Source: an uncultured Acidobacteriaceae bacterium
GTDB lineage: Bacteria; Acidobacteriota; Terriglobia; Terriglobales; Acidobacteriaceae
Assembly: GCA_963782105.1 (NCBI GenBank)
Contig: CAWAII010000013.1
Coordinates: 139,042 to 203,041, forward strand
Length of the DNA stretch: 64,000 bases
Reading direction: 5' to 3'
The notes beneath the pieces are model-generated. The model saw nothing but the letters and a program-made list of their open reading frames with translations. It was not told the DNA's origin and did no database searches. Position numbers and translations under genes: made by a program. How positions within the stretch are numbered: the stretch's first letter is position 1; every line of letters starts with the position of its first letter. Below, one piece after another: positions 1 to 9,882 of this stretch.

Positions 1-216
1 GCCGGTTTGGCGATGGCGAGATGCTAGTCGAGGAGTCCGATCAAGGTCAACAAACTGCTCTTGGTAAGGAGCGTCCTCAACCGTAAGGCGAGGGACAGTC
101 GCAGGCGCCGCGCATCGACAGCCTATTGCCGCGACTCTTGACTTACATATCCCAGGCTTGCGGAGTGGCCACCACCTCTGCATAATTGGGTCGACCCGGA
201 TAAAGGAGCAGCTATT

Positions 217-1098
217 GTGGCTAAATTTTGCGGCAATTGCGGAAACCCCTTGAATGAGACGTCGACATTCTGTGGCGCGTGCGGCGCGAGAGTGCAGCCG
301 ACAAATGTTCCGCTCCAGGCGTCACCGGTCTCTTCGCTCCCTCCTTTATCTCCGCTCCCACCAGTGAGGCAGGGATCCAGCCCCGTCGTCAAGATCATCC
401 TGGTCGTGATTGTGCTGCTGGTCGTTGGCGGGACCGTGTCCCTGGTTGGCATCTTCTATGCGTTTCACCTCGCAAGCCATAAGGCTCACGAGTTTTCCAG
501 ACAAGTGCTGGAGAGTGGCGGAATCCTTCCAACTGACAGCGCGAGCGCGGGGAGACAAGATGGCTCGACCGGGACGGTTGGGCCTGGTGACTGCCGCTTC
601 CTCAGCAAGGAGGACGTTAGCCGCGCAATCGGTGTGCCCATCGTGGCGACGAAAACAACAGACGCCGGTTGCGAATATCTGGCAAAAGGCACGTCCGCCG
701 ACATGACAGCCAGGCATTTGTCCGCCATGATGGCGAGTAGGGGAGCCACCGCACAGCAGCAGCAGATGATCCAGAACCTCTCCCGCGGGCTCCTCGGCAA
801 CAGCCAAAACCAGCCGGGGGCAAATGGCCAAAGCCCGAATGTGAATTCCGTGGTAATGGCCTTCACGATCGATCCGAACGCTGCCAAGACCCAGATGAGT
901 ATGAACGAGAACGTACTTGGGGGAATAAGCCCTGGCGGAAAGCCCATCAAGGGAATCGGGGATGAAGCATTTGACGCTTCCGGCGCGGTCATGATGGTCC
1001 GCAAGGGGGACAAGTTGATTCGCATTACGTATTCGACCTGCCCCTGCACGGTCGATGCGATCAAACCTCTCGCCCAGGAACTCGCCGGGGAACTTTAA
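217..1098 (+). CDS. zinc-ribbon domain membrane protein (function unknown)
   Basis: Uninterrupted 293-codon ORF. GTG start with AAGGAG at 203-208. N-terminus FCGNCGNPL..FCGACG is a double CxxC zinc ribbon, followed by a P/S-rich linker and one TM helix (IILVVIVLLVVGGTVSLVGIFYAF). Confidence 0.6.
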   Translation: MAKFCGNCGNPLNETSTFCGACGARVQPTNVPLQASPVSSLPPLSPLPPVRQGSSPVVKIILVVIVLLVVGGTVSLVGIFYAFHLASHKAHEFSRQVLESGGILPTDSASAGRQDGSTGTVGPGDCRFLSKEDVSRAIGVPIVATKTTDAGCEYLAKGTSADMTARHLSAMMASRGATAQQQQMIQNLSRGLLGNSQNQPGANGQSPNVNSVVMAFTIDPNAAKTQMSMNENVLGGISPGGKPIKGIGDEAFDASGAVMMVRKGDKLIRITYSTCPCTVDAIKPLAQELAGEL

Positions 1099-1129
1099 GA
1101 GCATTCTTGTGGCAAAGGGGGAAAGCGCT

Positions 1130-1938
1130 ATGCCCGACCGGGTTGAACTCTACGACGGCGCATACGAGAACTATGATTCGGATGTTTATCGGCAAGTACG
1201 AATCGAGACGTACGGGGTAGATTTCGGTCAGACGAGCTGGGTCACAACCGAGGAGTCAGAGGAGATTCCGCGAACGCTCAAACTCACGCGCGATTCGTCG
1301 GTGTTGGAGATTGGCTGCGGGTCTGGCATGTATGCCTTGCATATCGCGCAAGAGTTCGGCTGCCAGCGTTACAGGTTTGGACATCAACGCTTTGGGAATT
1401 CGCAACGCGAACCAATTGGCCTTGAGCGGCGGTATGGTTGGACAGGTGCGTTTCGAAGTGTGCGATGTTTCCAAGCCGCTGCCTTTCGCAGATGAGACCT
1501 TCGACGCAGTTTTCTCCAACGACGTAGTGTGCCACATCCAGGGAAGGCCTTCCCTCCTCGCCGAAATGTACCGGGTCCTGAAGCCTGGCGTGGGGCGGAT
1601 GTTATTCAGTGACGCCCTGGTAATTGGAGGAGTGATTTCGCACAATGAAATCGCTACCCGTAGCTCGATCGGGTTCTACTTGTTCAGTCCACCTGGGGAG
1701 AATGAACGATTGATCCTGGGTGCCGGATTTTCGGATATCAAGGTGGTGGATACGACGGAGAATGCTGCCCGGATCGCCGCCAGGTGGCACCAGGCACGGC
1801 AAAAATACAAAGACAGGCTGATGGCCGCAGAAGGCGATACCTGAATGGGAAGGGCTGCAACGATTCCTTTCCTGCGTGCACTCACTGACCGAAGAAAGGC
1901 GTCTGCTCAGGCTTCTCTACCAGGCGCAGAAAGCCTGA
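1130..1938 (+). pseudogene. class I SAM-dependent methyltransferase, frame-disrupted (about 1365-1370 and about 1840)
   Basis: SAM motif I VLEIGCGSGMYA lies in the 1055 frame. It continues as VTGLDINALGIRNAN..LKPGVGRMLFSD in the 1311 frame. A third frame gives a protein-like tail WEGLQRFLSCVHSLTEERRLLRLLYQAQKA ending at 1938. Confidence 0.7.
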
Positions 1939-1951
1939 GCTGTAAAGCCCT

Positions 1952-3114
1952 CTAGTGCTCAAAGATCAGCATCAGGTAGGCGAGAAAAAGCAGAAGATGC
2001 ACTGCGCCCATGAGAACGTTGGTTCGATTGCTTGGTGAAGGTGAGGGCGCTACCGCCAGGGTAAGAACCAGCAAGAGCGAATCCGCCGGAGCCAGCCCCA
2101 GGACTACGGTCTTACCGGTGACCAGGCCAATGGTCAGCACAGCGGGAATCGTCAGCCCGATGGATGCAAGCACCGAACCCAACAGGATGTTGATGGAGCG
2201 CTGCAGATCGTTTGCCAGCGCCGCGCGCGTTGCGCTCAGCGACTCGGGAGACAAGATCAACGCGGCCACCAGGAAACCTCCCAGCGCCACGGGTGCATGG
2301 AGGACATCGAATCCCGTGGTCGATGGGAAGCGCAATCTCCTCAGCCAGCACCACCAGGGGCAGCAGATACATCACCAGCAACACAGCATGATACGTTGAT
2401 GAATTTGTTTCGCTATGAGCTGCTTCGACTGGATGGGCCGCCACGCTCTGGCGCTCGATTGCTCCGCCAGTGGCCGGGCCCACGAAAGTATTCGCGGTGC
2501 CGCCAGTTCTGGATGATCAGAAAGAGACCATAAATCGCAATGGACATGACCGCGAGAAAGATGGATTGAAAGGTCGACAGTGTCGGGCCGGCGGAGGCTT
2601 CGGTGAAGTTCGGGAGCACCAGGCCGAGCACCGTCAAAGGCACGATCAGGGACAAAAAGGCGTTCGCGCCCTGCAGATTGTATTCCTGCTCGTGGTGGCG
2701 TAAACCGCCCAGCAGCAATGCGAGCCCAACCATGCCATTGAGCACGATCATCACGATGCCGAACATGGTGTCGCGCGCCAAAGTGGGCTTGCCATCGCCG
2801 GTGAGCATGACCGCTGAAATCATCATCACTTCAATGCCAATGACGGAAAGCGTGAGCACTAACGTTCCCAAAGGCTCACCGAGCCGCACCGCCAGACTCT
2901 CCGCCTGGTGCACCACGGCAAAAGCGGAGCCCATGATGACAGCGAAGAGCCAAACCAGCATCAAGGCGAACCAGAGCGGATTGGACAGGTCTGCGAGCCA
3001 GCCTTTGCCAAACAGCAGAAACAACGCCGTGGTTGCGAAGGCCACCGCCAGAAGCCACTCCCGCCGCAGACTTGAAACGTAGCTGGTTTTTACCAGCGTT
3101 GCTTCAGCACTCAT
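1952..3114 (-). pseudogene. chaA: Ca2+/H+ antiporter (ChaA/CaCA family), frame-disrupted (about 2485 and about 2300)
   Basis: Three consecutive minus-strand frames (2413..3114, 2112..2483, 1952..2335) join into one polytopic membrane protein. Alpha-repeat-like segments are GEPLGTLVLTLSVIGIEVMMI and SINILLGSVLASIGLTIPAV. Confidence 0.65.
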
Positions 3115-3207
3115 CCAGAACTCCTCTTAAAAATGGGCAGCTTTGCCTTCGCTTGCAAAACAATTGTCCCATGGGGCGCGGGTTCCATGAGGACCTGGGC
3201 GGGCGTA

Positions 3208-4257
3208 CTAGCTATGGGGCAGCATTTTCACCGTGACGTTGAACAGACGGTACTTGGTATAGAGGTGCATTTCGCCCAGCAACTGGTCTTCCTGCCGCCA
3301 AGTCAACTCCACTTGCTTAGGCAGCCACAAAGGCTGGGTCAGTTCCGATATCCGCACTTCGCTGAAGAGCAGAACCGACCTCATCCGCTGCAGCGAAATG
3401 CTGGGCAGCGGTGCCAGCAAATCAGTCTCCAAGCGCATAATGCGAAAGGTCGCCTCATCGATCCACGCGATGCCCTGGTAAAGCAGTGGGTAAGCGTTTG
3501 CGCCAAGAGTAATCTCAGCAGGAACTTTCACGCGGCCGGGCAGCTGCGCGAAAGCCACCACGTAGGCGTCATGCCCGTTCATCTTCTGGTGGCCCAGAAA
3601 ACGATAGCGCGACTGAGGAATGTTTTCCGGGAGAAACAACAACCACAAGTATCCAAACCCTATGCCGTGCACAATCGTTGGCTCTCGCTTCGACCGCCCG
3701 CCATTCAGCGCCTTGATGTCGGATCGCGACTCCTCCAGCATCGGAGTACCCTCCGGTGATTGACGAGACAGCATCAAGTAATCGAAATCCTTCCACGGCG
3801 CTCCCGCTAACAGAGTGGTGTGCAGCTTCTCCTCAAGCTGTCTTTCGTCCATGGTGTATTGGGCGGTGGACCTGCTTCGGCCCAGGAAGGTAACGCCGTC
3901 TTGATTGCCATCCTTGGGCACGGGCGGCACCGTAAATTGCACCTGCGATACACTCTCCCGCGCCGCAAGGGAAGGCATCTTCGGCAGCAGAGCCCCCATC
4001 ACCTCACCCGTCCGGCTGAGGACCGATTCGAGACTCGATTGGCTCGCATCGGCCCTCAGTCCATCGAGCGCAGGCACTGCGTGTTTCAATTCAGGCAGCG
4101 GAGCATCCATATAAGGCTTGGCATGCGCGTAGATCTCGTCAATGGCCTCCGCGCTCTTGTTTCCAGCAATCCCGGGGCTCTCCGTCTGCGCACCGGCACT
4201 GGTGAACGTGAGCACAACGCCTAGCAGCAAAGCGAAGCCAGTTCGAGGCAGCCTCAT
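3208..4257 (-). CDS. hypothetical secreted protein
   Basis: Intact 349-codon ORF with signal peptide MRLPRTGFALLLGVVLTFTSAGAQ. Composition is protein-like. I recognise no domain. Confidence 0.5.
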   Translation of the reverse strand: MRLPRTGFALLLGVVLTFTSAGAQTESPGIAGNKSAEAIDEIYAHAKPYMDAPLPELKHAVPALDGLRADASQSSLESVLSRTGEVMGALLPKMPSLAARESVSQVQFTVPPVPKDGNQDGVTFLGRSRSTAQYTMDERQLEEKLHTTLLAGAPWKDFDYLMLSRQSPEGTPMLEESRSDIKALNGGRSKREPTIVHGIGFGYLWLLFLPENIPQSRYRFLGHQKMNGHDAYVVAFAQLPGRVKVPAEITLGANAYPLLYQGIAWIDEATFRIMRLETDLLAPLPSISLQRMRSVLLFSEVRISELTQPLWLPKQVELTWRQEDQLLGEMHLYTKYRLFNVTVKMLPHS

Positions 4258-4369
4258 TGGGGGACAATGATAGCAACTTGCCTGATTCAGGCGATACGGA
4301 GCGCGGACACACGTACTGCTCGTTCACCGGCTGAGCGGTGGGGACCGCCGATCCTCGAAGCCATTTGGA

Positions 4370-4663
4370 TCAGGAGACGCCGGAAATGATCTTCCGATAT
4401 TCGTCCTCGGTGAAGGCGCGGAGCGTTTCGGAGCGAACACCACCTTTCGAGGCGAGAGAAAGGTTGATGCGTGCGAGCGTCGCGTCATCGGGAGCCTCGA
4501 CGATAATCGCCATATCGTATTGACCCATCAACAGGTAGAAGCCCTTAAGCTTTCCGCCGGCAGACTCGATGGCTTTCTTGCCGGCGTCCAGGCGGGCCGG
4601 GCTTTCCTTGATCTTTTCCAGACCTTCTTTTGTCCAACTGAGAAGGGAAAGGTATGTGGGCAT
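4370..4663 (-). CDS. GYD domain-containing protein
   Basis: MPTYLSLLSWTKEG..GKLKGFYLLMGQYDMAIIVEAPDD matches the GYD-family pattern. The likely start is the internal ATG at 4663 of ORF 4370..4714. Confidence 0.7.
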   Translation of the reverse strand: MPTYLSLLSWTKEGLEKIKESPARLDAGKKAIESAGGKLKGFYLLMGQYDMAIIVEAPDDATLARINLSLASKGGVRSETLRAFTEDEYRKIISGVS

Positions 4664-4889
4664 GCGTACACCTCGGCGCGAATTATAGGCCCTCGCGGCA
4701 CTGTCGTTTTGCACAGATTATCTGTTCCCATAAAGGCCATCCGAAAAGTTCAGGCAGGCTCCTTCTCCCTCAGTCGAAACTTTTTTGTCGCGAGCTGTAA
4801 CCCCTGAAGCGATACCCACTCTCACAGAGGGGACGCCTCTGCCTAATGGGAGAGGACGTATCCACTAATCCTCTCTGGAGAGCCAAACC

Positions 4890-6131
4890 ATGCGAAAGAA
4901 CTTTCTGAATCTCAGCGTCGCGGCAGCCTGTGTAGCCGGTTCGTGCTCCATCCTTCATGCCAGTGATTTAAGCCAATACGTCTACGTCGAAAGCAACCTG
5001 CCCGCAGCCAACAGCAATTCCATCTACGCATTCAGCCGTGGAAGCGATGGCAATCTGAAGCCAATCCCTGGCTCGCCATTTCTTACGGGAGGCGCAGGAG
5101 TACAGTACAGCGGACCTAACCTTGGCCCTCTAGACTCCGACCAGGAGATCATCACCAATCCGCAACAGACCCTTCTTTTCGCCGTAAACGCCGGGAGTGA
5201 CAGCATAGCCGTCTTTCATATCGGCGAGAATGGCGCGCTCAAACCGGTTGATGGTTCGCCCTTTCCATCCGGAGGTAACGATCCGGTCAGCCTTGCGCTC
5301 GCTGGCAGCACCCTTTTCATCGCCAATCAGAGTGGTGACTTCGCCCGGCCCTCGACGATTCTTCCCAACTACACCACCATGCGCGTCGAGGAGGATGGCA
5401 ACCTCGTCCCCATAAGCAATGACACCAACGACACCTCACGTCCTTTCCAATCAACAGTGAGCGTGGCGGCGGGTAGCTCACCTTCGCAGGCATACCTCGC
5501 TTCCGGCACAAATCTGTTATTCGGTGCGGACTTCCTTGGCGGGCTGCTGCAGCAGTTCCAACTTGATGGGCAGGGCCAACTTCACCCGTTGCCACCGATC
5601 GCGTTGCCTGCCTCGGAGTTCGGTTCAACCACCCCACGTCTGCCACTCGGCTTGTGGAGCAGCCCCAAACAGCCCATCCTCTATGTTGGCTATGTCACGG
5701 CGAACAAGATGGGTGTCTACCGCTACAACGAAGAGGGGGCATTAGACTTCCTCCGCACCGTTCCCAATGCCGGGCAGGGTATCTGCTGGATACGCGTGAA
5801 TAAGAGCGGTACCAGGATCTATACCAGCGATACCGCCACCAACCAAATCAGCGTTTACGACAGCACCGATCCTGAAGAACCTGTTGAAACACAGACGCTG
5901 ACACTTGCAGGCGTTGGTAACGCTTTCCAAATCTCACTGTCTGCAGACGGGAAATCCCTCTTCGCCCTCTCTCAGCAAGCCGCAGCGACAGTTCCTGCAG
6001 GTCAGGGAAATGTTCTGCACACACTTACCATCAAGAGCGACGGCACGATAGCGGAAACCGGCTCACCGATCATCTTTAGCCTTCCTGCCGGCGTGCGGGC
6101 GCAGGGTCTGGCCGTCGTGGATCTGTACTGA
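4890..6131 (+). CDS. secreted beta-propeller lactonase-family protein
   Basis: Intact 413-codon ORF with an N-terminal signal sequence. It carries repeated blades of the form DGxLxPxxGSPF, as in 7-bladed lactonase (6-phosphogluconolactonase-like) propellers. Confidence 0.6.
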   Translation: MRKNFLNLSVAAACVAGSCSILHASDLSQYVYVESNLPAANSNSIYAFSRGSDGNLKPIPGSPFLTGGAGVQYSGPNLGPLDSDQEIITNPQQTLLFAVNAGSDSIAVFHIGENGALKPVDGSPFPSGGNDPVSLALAGSTLFIANQSGDFARPSTILPNYTTMRVEEDGNLVPISNDTNDTSRPFQSTVSVAAGSSPSQAYLASGTNLLFGADFLGGLLQQFQLDGQGQLHPLPPIALPASEFGSTTPRLPLGLWSSPKQPILYVGYVTANKMGVYRYNEEGALDFLRTVPNAGQGICWIRVNKSGTRIYTSDTATNQISVYDSTDPEEPVETQTLTLAGVGNAFQISLSADGKSLFALSQQAAATVPAGQGNVLHTLTIKSDGTIAETGSPIIFSLPAGVRAQGLAVVDLY

Positions 6132-6164
6132 TCGAAGGTAGAAAACTGGGTTGTTCATCTTGCT

Positions 6165-6195
6165 GCGATTCCCCAGACAATGTCTGGGGAATCGC
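6165..6195 (+). terminator. long perfect hairpin downstream of the lactonase gene (terminator-like, no U tract)
   Basis: GCGATTCCCCAGACA-A-TGTCTGGGGAATCGC has 15-nt perfectly complementary arms and lies 34 nt after the stop at 6131. There is no T run after it. Confidence 0.4.
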
Positions 6196-6325
6196 GGGCT
6201 CTGAGGGTAAGGCTCCGGGGGGAGGGTGATCCGTGCGCCTAGCCTCCTAGGAGGTTTCGTGTTTATGGATGGTATAATATTCCTTTCCGTATAAAATACG
6301 CTGAAGAATAATATACTATTCCACC

Positions 6326-6583
6326 ATGCTCACACTAGAGGAGATTAGTAGCCAAGTCGTCTCAAAACGGAAGGCGATGGGGCTTCGCCAAGCCGAGCTT
6401 GCATTGGCCTCTCGGGTCAGTTTACCCACGCTCAAAGCACTGGAACAGGGCCGGACGACTGAACTCGGATTCTCGAAGGTAGTCCGCATCCTGGCTGCTC
6501 TGGGATTGGAGTTAGAACTCCAAGAAGGGAATCTGGGTAGGCCTACGCTCGATGATTTACGAAATGAGACCAGGGATGATTAA
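6326..6583 (+). CDS. hipB: XRE-family HTH antitoxin (HipB-like)
   Basis: 85-aa ORF with a Cro/C1-type HTH (MGLRQAELALASRVSLPTLKALEQG). Its stop overlaps the downstream HipA-like start. Confidence 0.75.
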   Translation: MLTLEEISSQVVSKRKAMGLRQAELALASRVSLPTLKALEQGRTTELGFSKVVRILAALGLELELQEGNLGRPTLDDLRNETRDD

Positions 6584-7802
6584 GGTGTGGGCTGATGACG
6601 GGGAAGCTGGATACCTCGATCGCCTAAAAGACCGCGGAAGCACCTTCGCCTACTTACCGAAAACCCCTCAAAGGCGCGCCGTATCTGTAACTATGCCTGT
6701 CAGACTCCAATCGTGGGATGCTGCTACCAGCCTAACCCCCATCTTCGAGATGAATTTGCCGGAAGGCGCATTGCGGGAACGGCTGCGTCTGGCATTTGCC
6801 AAGGCGACCGGCAGCTTCGATGACTATGATCTGCTATCGATTGTCGGACGGTCCCAGGTGGGGCGCCTTCGCTACACCGGAGAGGAGGATCAGCTCGACG
6901 AGAACGTCCCTTTCCAGTCAGTCGATGAAATTCTCGCCAACCGGCGCGGCGGCGATCTCTTCCGCTACTTGCTGGAGAAGTTCGCAGCTGTCTCCGGCAT
7001 CAGCGGCGTCCAGCCGAAAGTCCTGGTCCGCGATGAGTCTGCGTTTCACGTCTCCGATTCGAAGCAACGGCTCTCCCAGAGCTACAGGGGTGCGACGCAT
7101 ATTGTGAAGTTCTGGGAACCGAACGAATTCCCCCAGCTCGCTGCAAATGAATACTTTTGCCTGAGGGCCGCAGAACGTTGTGGACTGGAAGCGCCACCGT
7201 ATCGGCTGGCAGACGATGGAATGGCTCTGGTAATCGACCGCTTCGATCTCCGCGTAGATGGTACGTACCGCGGCTTTGAAGATTTCTGCGTGCTCAATGC
7301 GCGGCGAACCGATGAGAAGTACCGAGGCAGTTACGAAACCTCGGTCATGAAGCGGTTTCAGCAATTTGCAAACTCGCCGCATGTCTTCGCCGATCTGGAA
7401 AAACTCTTCACCCTGATTGCGCTCAACTGCGCCCTCCGCAATGGGGACGCCCACCTGAAGAACTTCGGAATCGTCTATGACGATGTGCTGGGCGAGGCGC
7501 GCTTAGCTCCTGTTTACGACCTGGTCACAACGACTGTATATCTGCCCAACGACCGCATTGCGCTCACGCTGAACGGCGCCGCGCGGTGGCCCAGCGCGAA
7601 GGAGTTACGCCGGTTGGGCGAGACGCGCATGTCCGGTACGCCCGCGCAGATTCGACAGATTTTGGAACGCATCTCTGACGCACTGGCGCAAACCGCCGAA
7701 GAGCTCCGCAGCTACGCTGTTGAGCACACGAAGGCTGCGGAGATCGCGCAGCGCATGCTAAAGGAGTGGGAAACCGGCCGACAGCACTCGCTCGGCACGT
7801 GA
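6576..7802 (+). CDS. hipA: type II toxin HipA-family serine/threonine kinase
   Basis: HipA N-domain motif GISGVQPKVLV, plus HipA_C catalytic motifs NGDAHLKNFGIVY and LAPVYDLVTT. The ORF opens at 6552. The ATG at 6576 (MIKVWADD) overlaps the hipB stop by 8 nt. Confidence 0.85.
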   Translation: MIKVWADDGEAGYLDRLKDRGSTFAYLPKTPQRRAVSVTMPVRLQSWDAATSLTPIFEMNLPEGALRERLRLAFAKATGSFDDYDLLSIVGRSQVGRLRYTGEEDQLDENVPFQSVDEILANRRGGDLFRYLLEKFAAVSGISGVQPKVLVRDESAFHVSDSKQRLSQSYRGATHIVKFWEPNEFPQLAANEYFCLRAAERCGLEAPPYRLADDGMALVIDRFDLRVDGTYRGFEDFCVLNARRTDEKYRGSYETSVMKRFQQFANSPHVFADLEKLFTLIALNCALRNGDAHLKNFGIVYDDVLGEARLAPVYDLVTTTVYLPNDRIALTLNGAARWPSAKELRRLGETRMSGTPAQIRQILERISDALAQTAEELRSYAVEHTKAAEIAQRMLKEWETGRQHSLGT

Positions 7803-7848
7803 GCAAAAAGTCCACTCCAAAGTTTGTTCAAGGTGTCCAATCGGACTG

Positions 7849-9237
7849 CTACTTCCCAATGCAGAAGGTGGAGAAGATCAGGTTCAGGATGTCGTCGCTG
7901 GTCGTCTCGCCGGTGAGTGAGTCAAGATGACGGAGCGCTCCGTATAGATCCAGCAGGACCATCTCGTGTGGAATGTTTTGTCCGGCCGCCGCACCCGCGG
8001 CTGCCAGCGCTTCCAGCGTTGCCGTTACCGCCTGGTATTGGCGCAGGCTGGTCAGCATACCGCTCTCCGTCTCCACCGTGCGGTCGCCCACCATCGCCAA
8101 CATCGTCTGCTTCAGCTCACCCACTCCTTCTCCGCTGAGAGCTGAGGTGTGAACCACTGGAAGGCCCAAGTCGCTCAGTGCCTCCTCCATCGCAGCCGAT
8201 GGGTGAGCAAGGTCACTCTTGTTCACCACCACAATCGCCCGCCGCTGCGCCAGCGCCGCCAGCAGTTCCATCTCGTCCTGCCCAGGCCCGGCAGTCGCAT
8301 CCAGTACCAGCAGTACCATGTCCGCATCCGCCAACGTCTCGCGCGATTTGCGAATGCCAATGCGCTCCGCTTCGTCGCTGGGCTCACGCATGCCCGCCGT
8401 ATCCACCAGCTCAACCGGGATTCCGCCGAGCGAAACGCGCTCGGTTACCAAGTCGCGCGTCGTCCCCGGCGTAGCCGTCACAATCGCGCGCTCCCGCTGC
8501 ACAATGCGATTGAAGAGAGAAGATTTTCCCGCGTTCGGCCGGCCCACAATCGCTAGCATCAACCCCGCGTGCACAATGCGTCCGTGCGCGAAGCTGTCCG
8601 CTACCGGCTGCAGCAGTCCGCAAATCTCCTCGATCCGGCTTAGGATCTCGCCGCCCGGCAGCACATCCACATCGTCTTCCGCGAAATCGATTCCCGCTTC
8701 CAGCAGAGCAATCAGCGCGACCAGCCCCTCTTTGATGGGCTTGATCCGCCGCGAAAGAGAGCCTTGCATTTGTTGCGCCGCAACCCGCGCCTGGTAGAGC
8801 GTCTGCGCTTCGATCAGGTCGCGCACCGCTTCGGCTTGGGTCAGATCGATGCGGCCGCTCAAGAATGCCCGCTGGGTAAACTCGCCCGGAGCAGCCAGGC
8901 GCGCCCCACCCCTCAGCGCCTGCCGCACCAGCGTCTCCAGAATCACCGGCGAGCCGTGCGCGGCCACTTCCACTACATCCTCGCCAGTATAGGAATGGGG
9001 CGCCGCAAAAAACGTCACCACTCCCTCGTCGAGTTTTTCCTGGGTCTCCAGATCAAGCAGATCCGCAAAGCGAGCTCGCGCAGGGGCCAGAGGATTGCGT
9101 AAGCGCAACATCGGTTCGGCGATCCGGGTCGCCTCGGCGCCCGAGAGGCGCACGATCCCAATACCACCGCGGCCTGGCGGCGTCGCAATGGCAACGATGG
9201 TCTCGTTCTCGAAAACGACGTGTGGATCGGGCTGCAT
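7849..9237 (-). CDS. mnmE: tRNA uridine-5-carboxymethylaminomethyl modification GTPase MnmE
   Basis: IVAIATPPGRGGIGIVRLSG at the N-terminus, G-domain motifs GRPNAGKSSLFN / DTAGMRE / NKSD, and the C-terminal CIGK motif. The likely start is MQPDPHVVF, inside ORF 7849..9408. Confidence 0.9.
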   Translation of the reverse strand: MQPDPHVVFENETIVAIATPPGRGGIGIVRLSGAEATRIAEPMLRLRNPLAPARARFADLLDLETQEKLDEGVVTFFAAPHSYTGEDVVEVAAHGSPVILETLVRQALRGGARLAAPGEFTQRAFLSGRIDLTQAEAVRDLIEAQTLYQARVAAQQMQGSLSRRIKPIKEGLVALIALLEAGIDFAEDDVDVLPGGEILSRIEEICGLLQPVADSFAHGRIVHAGLMLAIVGRPNAGKSSLFNRIVQRERAIVTATPGTTRDLVTERVSLGGIPVELVDTAGMREPSDEAERIGIRKSRETLADADMVLLVLDATAGPGQDEMELLAALAQRRAIVVVNKSDLAHPSAAMEEALSDLGLPVVHTSALSGEGVGELKQTMLAMVGDRTVETESGMLTSLRQYQAVTATLEALAAAGAAAGQNIPHEMVLLDLYGALRHLDSLTGETTSDDILNLIFSTFCIGK

Positions 9238-9256
9238 GGAGCCTCTCGGTCTCTGC

Positions 9257-9829
9257 TTAGAGAGGCGAGTTGCGCCGCGGAGGGCGTGACCCAGAGTTCC
9301 CAACTTCAGAAGCTCGAGGCCGAGGCCGCACCGCACCCTTGGGATAGACGACCACGTAACGGCGCAGTCCTTCGCCGCTGCTCTCCGTCTCGAGATCAGC
9401 ATAGTCACGGAAGGCCAGGTGCAGCATGCGGCGCTCGCGCGAGCTCATGGGAGCAAAGCTGTAGGGCTGGGATGTGCCGCGGACCCGCTCGGCGGCCGTC
9501 TCCGCGGCCAGCTTAAGCTCCCGCGCGCGGATCGCCTTGAAGGAGTTGGCGTCAAACGAGATCGTGTCGTGCTCTTCCGCTTCGAGGCGCACGATCTTGG
9601 CCGCGATATGTTCCAACGCCCGCAGCAACTCGCCTCCGCGTTGCGTCAGAAGCACGGCATCCGGCCCGGACATTTCCACGTAAATCTCGCGGGCTTCCAG
9701 GCCATCGGGGTCGTGGGCTCCGGCGCCGGCGGTGATCCGGTACTTCAATCGCAGGCCGCCGGTGCTGGTAAGTGTCTTGAGGAACGCTGCAATCTTCTGA
9801 GCTGCAGCCGCGTGATCGACAATCGGCAT
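9257..9829 (-). CDS. jag: Jag-family RNA-binding protein (KH + R3H)
   Basis: C-terminal R3H-type motif (MSSRERRMLHLAFRDY..). It holds the conserved position between yidC and mnmE. The likely start is MPIVDHAAAAQ. Confidence 0.8.
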   Translation of the reverse strand: MPIVDHAAAAQKIAAFLKTLTSTGGLRLKYRITAGAGAHDPDGLEAREIYVEMSGPDAVLLTQRGGELLRALEHIAAKIVRLEAEEHDTISFDANSFKAIRARELKLAAETAAERVRGTSQPYSFAPMSSRERRMLHLAFRDYADLETESSGEGLRRYVVVYPKGAVRPRPRASEVGNSGSRPPRRNSPL

Positions 9830-9882
9830 CGGTTTAGTATCGCATTTGTGTGAAGGGAAGTCAGCCCTGTGGGGAACCCGGA

